Positions 35,546 to 44,585 of a DNA stretch of 44,585 bases are shown piece after piece (position 1 is the first letter of the stretch; each line of letters opens with the position of its first letter). The translations under genes were made by a program, and so were the position numbers. Under the pieces are notes generated by a model. It had not been told where the DNA came from. It saw only the letters and a program-made list of their open reading frames with translations, and did no database searches. This stretch comes from Chiloscyllium plagiosum (lineage: Eukaryota). Location of the stretch: positions 74,180,834-74,225,418 of the forward strand of contig NC_057719.1 of the NCBI RefSeq assembly GCF_004010195.1. Reading direction: 5' to 3'.

Positions 35546-36271
35546 TGGAATGAAATAAATTGGTGGAATTTAGTGGAAGATTCTGTGGCTGTATTTTGCC
35601 AGACTCACCTTATTAATGGATGCTCGATACCTCGCCAGCGAGAACCGCATCTGATTTTCATGGTGAAACTCCCACTTACCAGAGATCCCAAAATTGGCTG
35701 GCATCTCTGGTGCCAGCCTTTGCACTCGGACAAGCTCTAACAGTCCAGGGCTGTCCCATACGGTTCCTGACAATTGCCTTGGGCTTGGGAGACAAGGGGA
35801 AATCACTGTATGGGGAGAGCTCTGGAGCTCCTGTTGAACGGGCTAGTGCAGAGGCGGACTTCATCTTCCCCCCTCTGGCACCACAAGGATGCCACAATAC
35901 CAGACCATGCCAGCCTGGTCCAAGGTTTCCCACACCCACTACCGCCACCACCACTCAAGGTTAGAGCAGTCTCAGGCATCCAGAGAACACCTTTTATTGA
36001 ACGACGAAGGTCGATGATTTTCTCCACTCTGTCAGTGTAAAGGCCATCGTTTCTCCCCGATACCTCACACTCACTCTATCGCTGTTACTGTATCCACCTC
36101 CCACCAAGTTGCATGCTCTATCACTCTCACTAATGCCTGCAACGTCTTCCGATTTGCCCTGACACAACCCAACCCCACTGATTCTATACACATCCTCTAC
36201 GCACTTGGGAAGCCACCCCATCTGCCCCAGGTAATAGCTGTTCTACCCACTTTCATCCTCCATGAGTACTG

Positions 36272-36307
36272 CCTCTCTCTCCCTCTCTCTCTATCTCTCT
36301 CTCTCTC
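36272..36307. repeat. (CT)n-rich microsatellite
   Basis: Direct reading. Confidence 0.85.
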
Positions 36308-36588
36308 GTTCTCATTCCAAGAGGTAAACAGCCCACAATCAGGCAGAAGGAACTGATGGGTTGTGTACTGCTTTAGATTTGGCTTCTCACCCCTTATCAG
36401 CAGAAAATCCTGACTATGACTGCCCTGGGCAGGCCCCGGACTGCCATTGGAGGCCGCCCTTGGCTTCGTGTGCTGGGATCCCCTAAGTGAAGGCTGTTTC
36501 CCTGGATAGGAGTGAGGCCTGTTGACAACTGTGCCAACTTCCTAACTTTGTGTCTGCATTAGGTGGCACGTAAAGCAGCAGTAATATG

Positions 36589-36753
36589 AGGAGAAAGTGA
36601 GGACTGCAGATGCTGGAGCATCAAAGTCGACAAGTGTGGCACTGGAAAAGCACAGTGGGTGCGGAAGCATCCAAGGAACAGGAGAGTCGATGTTTTGGGC
36701 AGCCTGAAACGTCAACTCTCTTGCTCCTTGGATGCTGCCTGACCTGCTGTGCT
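36589..36753. mobile_element. Fold-back Penelope-like terminal-repeat insertion (GAAACGTC family)
   Basis: Inverted copy 36589-36700 then direct copy 36702-36753; TSD cag(c/t)agtaatatg (36576-36588, 36754-36766). Confidence 0.8.
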
Positions 36754-38337
36754 CAGTAGTAATATGTGCCTCACATCTCTGGTTGTGGCAGCAATATAAG
36801 AAAAGGAAAGGTGAGACAATACAAAGCAGGAATGTGCGAACATCCATGTAGGCTCAGAGCGCGGGCACTATGACAACAAACAAAGAACCCGGAGATGTAA
36901 CCTGGTTCAGTCCCTGAGCTGGGTGCTGTCCCTGAATGCCAAAAACATCCTTGCTGCAGCATTTCAACAATAATTTGTCAGTGCAGCCCGAGACAGATCA
37001 TTGAAGTGCAGAGGCATCCTGTAAATGAATCAGTGATGTGCCATGAGGGTTCTGAGAAGCTGGTACATGTTGGATGCCAATATCTGTGCATGTGGCTTGT
37101 GCCCACGAAGCATGTCCAATGTGGAGGTCTTTTGGAGCAAGCACGCAGGTCAAATGTGGTTCCTGCTCCGGTTTCCAATGTTGCATTTTCCCAATGTCTA
37201 GTTTGCATGGTGAGTATAGTAGATCACGACCCACAGTGAATTGGACTGCCAACAAGGCACTTAACAAGCAATAATGAGTGGCAATTGGGAAGTCACCACT
37301 GCCTTGTGAGAATTTTGCCATGGCGCTGTATAAAAGCATGTAAGCTGTGCCAAGGTGATCTCTACGTCAAAATGGGGTTCATAGAACTCATCTCACGACA
37401 GCCCAAGTCACTCAGAGCCGGATAAGAGTGTGCCTTATGTCTTTTCAGATCCTGGAGAGGAAAATGAGAGGAAAGTGAGCCCCTTCATAAAACAATTCAA
37501 TTTGATGCTGTCCTCTGCTCGAATGCTATTGAGTCTCATGATGGTACAAACTCCTTTCTGGTAGCAGTTGTCTATCTCCAATTGAGAGGCTTTCGAAATC
37601 AGCAGCCAGCTATATCACCTTGCCGACAAATAATGTGTGCTGCACCAAACTTGGGAGAGCAAGAATATGAAATGGAGGGAAAGGAATTGCCTGATCGCCT
37701 TTTGTAGGAGAAAAATCAGCTATAGATACTTTTAATGCAACCAACAGTGCATTTTGTTTTTACTGTTAAGTGTCAGAGCCTTGCAGTGAATCAGCCTAAA
37801 ATATTTAACTGTACATGTCAATGCAGTGGGTCATTAAAAGCCTCTGGCTGTTGAGATTTTTCTTCCCCTTTTTTTCTGTTTTAGCAGGGAACTTAGAACC
37901 TCAAAGCCCTGAGCTCTCAAGTAACATATCCACCTACTACAGAGCAGATGGAACTAATGAGTGATTTTAGCTGTGGTATAGGATGGGAACATTAACACAT
38001 TTGGACATATGTATCATGGACTCTTCAGTGTCACTAAGTTGCCTCTATGAAGGTAGCTCAATTTCAGGGACAAACATGCTTGAAATAGTGTTGAGAAGTC
38101 TGGGGTCTAAAAATTTGTTTTGCAAGAAGTTCTGCCAGATAATTCTCACTTTTGAACAGACTTAAAATTCTTAACTGGTACATTTTCTGGTGCTTGTGCA
38201 ATTTCCTTTTAAATTGTTACATATTTACACCACAGTAACAGGGCATAGGGTTCAATAGGACCATTCTGTTGATGATACTGCGTACAAATCTCCTTCTACC
38301 CTTCGTTGTTTAACTTCAATGGTAGTCATGATAGTGT

Positions 38338-38484
38338 TGCCAGTGTTGTACTGGGGTATAACATCACCAGGTTACAGTCCCAACAGATTTAATTGGAAGT
38401 ACTAGCTTTCGGAGTGCTGCTCCTTCATCAAGTGCTTCCAATTAAACCTGTTGGACTATAACCTGGTGTTGTGTGATTTTTAAT
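38338..38484. mobile_element. Fold-back Penelope-like terminal-repeat insertion (GAAAGCTAG family)
   Basis: Inverted arm ends at tccttcatca (38430), direct arm agtgcttccaattaaacctgttggactataacctggtgttgtgtgattttta. Confidence 0.78.
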
Positions 38485-38559
38485 TTCATTTAACTTCCTT
38501 CATGTATACGTCTATCCCTTTCACTTGCATGTGTTTAACTAACTTTAGTTAGAATGCAT

Positions 38560-39040
38560 TTATGCTACTTTCCTCACTATGGCAACAAATTGCACATTCT
38601 AACAATTCTGTGCAGAAATTGCTCCTGGATTCCCATTAGGTTTATTAGTCACCATCTTCTAGTCACTAATAGTTGAATGCTGCTCTTGCCCACAAGGAGA
38701 AATATCTCTGCATCTACACAATCAACCTCTTTTATAGTCTTGAAGACGTTTATTAGGTCACCTCTCAGTGTTCTCTCTTCTAAAGAAACCTTTCCAAATA
38801 ATTATAACCTCTCAATCCTGGTATCATTGTCGTAAAAATTTCTTGCACCCTCCACAGTGACCCCGTAAACATTCCCATCAATGGAAAGCGTGACTGTCAC
38901 AGACGACCAAGTGTGACCTGACCAAGTATTGATTCAAATTTAACACAATTTCTCTATTTTTTGTCAGTTCTATTCTTATAGAAATGAACTTCAGGGCTTT
39001 GACTTTTTTTTAATGACCTTAACAACTTGCATCACTACAT
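38560..39040 (-). mobile_element. Old CR1 fragment
   Basis: Colinear decayed match to other antisense CR1 copies (ttaggtcacctctcag, ctggtatcattgtcgtaaa). Confidence 0.55.
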
Positions 39041-39997
39041 TCATCAATAGATGATGGACGAGCGCCATATGAAAATAATAGCTGGGTATTCGGAATGCCT
39101 TCCTTTTGCAGGGAATTAACTTCAATGCGGCATAGTGTGAATATATTTCTTATTTAGCTAATAGTGAAGGGCTGGAATGGAATTAATATATAGTTGTAGT
39201 CAGTCAGGCAGTACTTTGATTTACTGACCCAGACTAGTCTAATGACTCAGACACACAGCTGTGAGTTTTCTGAAGGTTTAATTGTAGGTTGGAGTTGTAA
39301 AGAAAGTCCAAAAGTTTCTTCCACTGTCATTTATTTTTCCACCAGTCCCTTTTATCTTCGCAGAATTAAAGCTCCACATGTGACCCCTTCTGAGTCAAGG
39401 CCGTCAAAAGCAAAGCCATGAATCATTAACTTACACGCTCAGTATCTCCAAAAGCATTTTTAATACCATTGTGAGACATGGTGCAAAAGCTCAGACTGGT
39501 TTCCTTTTCAGTACTCGGTTAAGCAAAGGAACGCCTTTCAGAAAGATTGGATTGAATGTAAAAGGGTATATTAGTGCTATGTTTAATTATGAGATGGAGG
39601 CAGAAGATGGTTGGGAATGAAAAGGCTTTGGTAGCAGGTTTAAAATAGCTGTCAAAGAAAAAGTGATATTCCTTCTGACTAAGGAAATTAAGCCCAAAGA
39701 AGCAAATTTTAGTTTTGAGATTTTACTCTGAATGTACTGCATGGCTTCACCATTATGAAGACGAATCCTATAAGATGATCAAAATCTCGCTTGACACTTC
39801 TCTGTTCAAAACTTTGGTATCTATAATCAGATTCGACAAACAAAGCCTGTCACTGTGTTTCAGATTCCTAAAACATACGTCCACAAGTGGCTTTGTCACT
39901 CTTGTGACCAGACAAATAATCACTGTCAGTCTGAAACTCAGCTTCTAAATCAGCTCATTCATTTAGTATGCATTGATATGCCGAAGGAAAGGCAAAG

Positions 39998-40085
39998 TAA
40001 AATACTGCAAATGATGGAAGTCTGAAATAAACATAGAAAACGTTGAAAATATCAGCAGGTCTGGCAGCATCTTTGGAGACAGAAG
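39998..40085 (-). mobile_element. Degenerate Penelope-like terminal-repeat fragment
   Basis: aaatactgcaaatgatggaagtctgaa...cagcaggtctggcagcatctttggag resembles the antisense of the other PLE repeats. Confidence 0.5.
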
Positions 40086-40594
40086 AAGATTTATGGGGCC
40101 AGATCTTCCTGGGTCAAATAGAATGTTTTAAATCAGTCAACTGTATCCCTTCACCCATCTACTACTCTACCCCTCTCCAACCTGTAACCCTCACCCACCT
40201 GGCTCCCTGCATCTCACTGATCTGGCATTCTACCCACCATCCACATGACACCCAGCATCCTCACCCACCTAAAGCCTACCATGTCTTGCACACTAATCTT
40301 TCTCTCAGTAGCTATGATAGTCGTTTCAACCATAAAATAATAACTGCTGCAAAAGGGGGGCATGGTTTCAGTGCCTTTCAACTGTTGTCAGTGCAGTTCG
40401 CTTTAACACACACTAAACACTTTGGCTAGAAGTCTCTAGTCTGAACATTCAGCTGGAAAACTCTTCCAAAGGTAAGTGGGCAACTGTTTACTGATCTGTA
40501 TCAGAAACAGAGATTGTCACACAGATCAGAAGATTCTGTTCAATGTTTTGACAGATTTGCAAGATTAACTCATTTTGATCACCACCAAGAGAAG

Positions 40595-41226
40595 AAGTGT
40601 ATATTTATATTGTGCCTTGTATGATATTATGATGCTCCAATGTATTTTATGGCCACTTATGTATTTTTGAAGTGTGATTTCTTTTGTATTATATGAAACA
40701 CAGCAAACTAGTTTCACACGGCAAGTTCACACAAGCAGCAAAGTGATGAAACGTAGTTTACAACGAAGACATCTTAAGACAGAGAGGAGACTTTCTTTTT
40801 GGAATTCTCTTCCCCAGAAAACAGTGGAGACTCTCTCATTGAATCTATTAAAGAATGTGTTAAATAGATTTTTGATCGACAATAGAATCAAGAGATTCTG
40901 GGATTGGAAGAAGAAATTGTTGGAGACAATCAGAAAAGTGGAGCTGAGGCCACAACCAGACAGCCATGATCTTATTGAATCATGATCATGGGGCAAAATG
41001 GCCTACTCCTCCTATGTCCAATGTTCCTCTGATTATGACAAGAGCATTTACTTTCAGTGATGTTGAATAAGGGATAGCTATTGTCTAGCATACTGAATAG
41101 AACTCTCCTGCTCTACTTTTAAACATGGCCATGAGATCTTTCGCAACCACTGAGAAGATAATTAGGACTTTGATTTTATGTTCTTTCCGAAATATGTAAT
41201 CGCTTAGTGTGCTGCATTCCCTCAGA
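40595..41226 (-). mobile_element. Old DeuSINE-like SINE interrupted by a + strand CR1 3' fragment (~40760-41030)
   Basis: SINE halves 40595-40750 and 41040-41226 resemble 6318-6700; the insert has tggaattctcttccccagaaaacagtggag and ggcctactcctcctatg. Confidence 0.5.
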
Positions 41227-41227
41227 A

Positions 41228-41720
41228 CTTCAGCAAGTTCACTCTGAGCCTGATTTATGACCAAATTGGCTCTTTGTAGCCAATTAAACAGTTCAGTCAA
41301 ATGGTGTAAATGTCCTTCCCAGGTTTGACTAGAAATAACCAATACATCAGTGTAAACCATGTATTTACATAGTTCTTCAATGACTTTATTGATTAATTAG
41401 CCATGATCTTATTGAATGGTACAGCATGATTGGCCTTTTGCTGGTGCATTTTCCATTCCAAATGATATAACATCCCATTGGCTAAAGTCCATCCATAAAA
41501 GTTGATAATGCTTTGGCTCTACCTATCAATGAAGTTGCCAATATCATATAAGCAAGATAATCATGGTGACAAATCATATATGTGTAATTCTTTCAATGCA
41601 GTCTGCCAGTCTTGGAGTAGCCACTTTTGTTATCATGTTGACTTTATGATAATATAGAATCTGTGATCTATCCACCTTCAGCTCCATCACAATAGGTGAG
41701 TTCCAACCACTACAACTTAA
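41228..41720 (-). mobile_element. Gypsy/Ty3 LTR-retrotransposon RT remnant
   Basis: VYTDVLVISSQTWEGHLHHLTELFNWLQRANLVIN (decayed YIDD...W.EHL..L..LF.RL..ANL.IN); upstream FGM.NAPA and W.SPIV remnants. Confidence 0.7.
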
Positions 41721-42209
41721 TTTAATAAAGTCATCTTAATCTCTTCCCTCAACTGAGCTATTTATTTTGGATTGAGTCTATAAAGATGTTATTTTATAGG
41801 TAATACATCCCTAACATTAACATTGTGAACAGTTAGGGATGTTTCTCCCAGCCTGCTGAGTTGGTTGATCGGCCATTGAGTTGGACGATCAGCCATGATC
41901 ATGATAAATGGCAGAGCAGGCTCGAAGGGCCGAATGGCCTCATCCTGTTCCTTTCTTCTATGCCTATGTCTATAAATTAATTTGTGATTTTGTAATAGCC
42001 TTTCTAAGACACTTTGATAGTTTTCTGAAAGATAAAATACTATGCTACATAACCTTGTAAGTTTCCCTGTATGTTACAATTTGATTTTCAATTTCTGATT
42101 AATTCTCCAATCATTCTGATCATTTTGTTTCACTCCTTATTTCTTTCACTACTGTAAATATACTTTTCTCCTGAGTCTTCTCCCTGCAACAATATATCTT
42201 TAACGTACT

Positions 42210-42553
42210 GGCACGGTGGCTCAGTGGTTAGCACTGCTGCCTCACATTGCCAGGGACCTGGTTTTGATTCAACCCTCAGCTGATTGTCAATGTGGAGTTC
42301 ACACATTCTCCATGTGCCTTCATGGGTTTACTCCAGTTGCTCCAGTTTCCTCCTACCTGTGCAGGTTAGGTGGATTGGTCATGCTAAATTGTCCATCGTG
42401 TCCAGGAATGTGTAGGTTATATGGATTAGCCATCGGAAATGCAGGGTTATAGGGATGGGGTAGTCTGAGTGGGATGCTCTTTGGAAGGTCATTATGGGCT
42501 CGATGGGCCAAATGGCCTGATTCCACACTGTAAGGAGTCTGTGATTCTGTGAT
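42210..42553 (+). mobile_element. HE1-type V-SINE
   Basis: ggcacggtggctcagtggttagcactgctgcctcac head, V-domain, tail ggccaaatggcctgattccacactgt. Confidence 0.87.
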
Positions 42554-43113
42554 ATTAACAATGCACACTCGCTGATTCTTTCTCCTGACTGGAGTGTTCA
42601 CTATATAACTTTAATCATTGAATTTCTTTTTGGTTTGATAAGGTCTGGTGAACCTCACTTTAAATTGTTCCCCAGGGACAAGTAACAGCACTAACACTTT
42701 GTCTTCAGCAATATAATATCGACTCTTGGCCTTTCCATCTGCTCGAGATTGTATTGTTTGTTGAGCATTATTAAATACTACTCGGCCACCTCACATGCTT
42801 TGGTCAGTTTCTTTCTGAAATTTAAAACATATGCTAGAAATTAGTCTCTGAGATTTAGTTTACCAATGTTTTTTGTGTCAATTTAAGAAGTGTCTTCACC
42901 TCATGTCTTATTATTAACTGAAAAGGACTGAAGCCCATGGATTAATTAGAAGCATTCCTAATGACAAAGAGCAACAAAAATATTCCCCTATCCCAATTAT
43001 TAGGACAGAGAACATTCTTGACAATAAGCTCTAATTATGGTCTTCAACATTTGATTCCATCTTTCTAATGTATCTTGAGATTCTGTGTGATTAGCAGCAA
43101 ATGTAAATCATTT

Positions 43114-44585
43114 CAATAGACAATAGTCTAATCCTTTAATAATCTTATACGTCTCAAACAGATCCCTTCTCAATCTTCTAAACTCAAGGGTATACAAGCC
43201 TAGTCACTCCAGTCTTTCAGCATAAGGTAGCCCTGCCATTCCAGGAATTGACCTCGTGAACCTACGCTGCACTCCCTCAATAGTCAGAATGTGTTTCCTC
43301 AAATTTGGAGACCAGAACTGCACACAATTCTCCAGGTGTGGTCTCACCAGGACCCTGTACAGCTGCAGAAGAACGTCTTTGCTTCTATACTCAATCCCTC
43401 TTGTTAGGAAGGCCAGCATGCTATTAGCCTTCTTCATTACCTGCTGTACCTGCATGCTTACCTTCATTGTCTGGTGTACAAGAACACCCAGATCTCTTTG
43501 TACTGCCCCTTTACCTAAATTGATTCCATTTAGGTAGTAATCTGCCTTCCTGTTCTTGCCACCAAAGTGGATAACTATACATTTATCCACATTAAACTGC
43601 ATCTGCCATGCATCTGACCACTCACCTAACCTGTCCAGGTCACCCTGTAATCTCCTAACATCCTCCTCACATTTCACCCTGCCACTGAGCTTTGTATCAT
43701 CAGCAAATTTGCTAATGTTATTACTAATACCATCTTCTATATCATTAATATATATTGTAAAAAGCTGCAGTCCCAGCCCTGATCCCTGCGGTACCCCACT
43801 GTTCACCGCCTGCCATTCCAAAATGGAGCCGTTTATCACTACTCTTTGTTTCCTGTCAGCCAACCAAGTTTCAATCCAAGTTAGTTCTTTGCCCCCAATA
43901 CCATGCGCCCTAATTTTGCTCAAGCAGTACTCTGCAGTCAACACCCTGCTCCCAGACCGTGATGGAGCCGTTTATCACTACTCTTTGTTTCCTGTCAGCC
44001 AACCAGGTTTCAATCCAAGTTAGTTCTTTGCCCCCAATACCATGCACCCTAATTTTGCTCACTAACCTCCATTGTGGGACTTCATCAAAAGTTTTCTGAA
44101 AGTCCAGGTACACTACATCTATTGGATCTCCCTCGTCCATCTTCAGAGTTACATCCTCAAAAAATTCCAGAAGATTAGTCAAGCATGATTTCCCCTTCAT
44201 AAATCCATGCTGACTCTGACCTATCCTGTTACTACTATCCAGATGTGTCATAATTTCATCCTTTATAATAGACTCCAGCATCTTTCCCACCACTGAGCTC
44301 AAACTAACTGGTCTATAATTTCCTGCTTTCCCTCTCCCACCTTTCTTAAAAAGTGGTACAACATTAGCCACCCTCCAATCCGCAGGAACTGATCCCGAAT
44401 CTATCAAACTCTGGAAAATAATCACCAATGCATCCACGATTTCTCGAGCCACCTCCTTCAGTACCCTGGGATGGAAACCATCAGGCCCCGGGGACTTATC
44501 AACCTTCAGACCTAACAGTCTCTCCAACACCAAATCCTGGCAAATATAAATTCCCTTAAGTTCAGGTCCCTCAGCCACTGTTACC
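43114..44585 (-). mobile_element. Young CR1 LINE ORF2 (RT), runs off the window end; disrupted by an internal duplication
   Basis: KSPGPDG, NYRPVSLSS, QHGFMKGKSCLTNL, YLDFQKTFD, GVPQGS, FADD, WQMQFNVDKC in ORFs 43910-44578 and 43204-43944; caatagacaatag tail joined after a 3' deletion. Confidence 0.95.

Noticed and set aside
35570..36221. Cluster of overlapping ORFs on both strands
   Set aside because: Explained by higher GC and fewer stops; no protein family motif.
43922..43950. Spacer resembles the reverse complement of the SMART adapter (GTACTCTGC...CTGCT)
   Set aside because: Several mismatches and indels; true adapter contamination should be near exact.
25140..44585. FEZ1/FEZ2 exons expected tail-to-tail with CRIM1
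   Set aside because: I found no minus-strand match to FEZ C-terminal peptides by eye; not excluded without tBLASTn.
1..44585. CRISPR array or prokaryotic system
   Set aside because: Eukaryotic intron/TE landscape; no regularly spaced repeat-spacer array or operon.

Overview
Vertebrate (cartilaginous fish; the HE1/V-SINE, CR1 and Penelope repeat set suggests a shark) genomic scaffold with two N gaps (19119-19137, 27970-28434). The left half holds the 3' portion of a + strand spliced gene of the CRIM1 (cysteine-rich motor neuron 1) family. Six coding exons join in frame with canonical splice sites: three VWFC (chordin-like CR) exons, a 123-nt linker exon, a transmembrane exon and a cytoplasmic-tail exon, followed by a ~2.4 kb repeat-free putative 3' UTR. 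The exon for the last VWFC module of canonical CRIM1 is not visible and the tail is divergent, which suggests a CRIM1 paralog. The rest is intron or intergenic DNA rich in retroelements (HE1 SINEs, DeuSINE-like SINEs, CR1, L2, RTE, Rex/Babar, a Gypsy fragment, a Tc1/pogo-type MITE). The most striking non-gene signal is about 10 Penelope-like (PLE) terminal-repeat insertions from three families. Each carries all or part of a minimal hammerhead ribozyme motif (CUGANGA-A-stem II-GAAA-palindrome) with covarying stems, most have 11-17 bp target-site duplications, and their truncation or inversion junctions cluster at the ribozyme core. No searches were run; family assignments come from recognising motifs.
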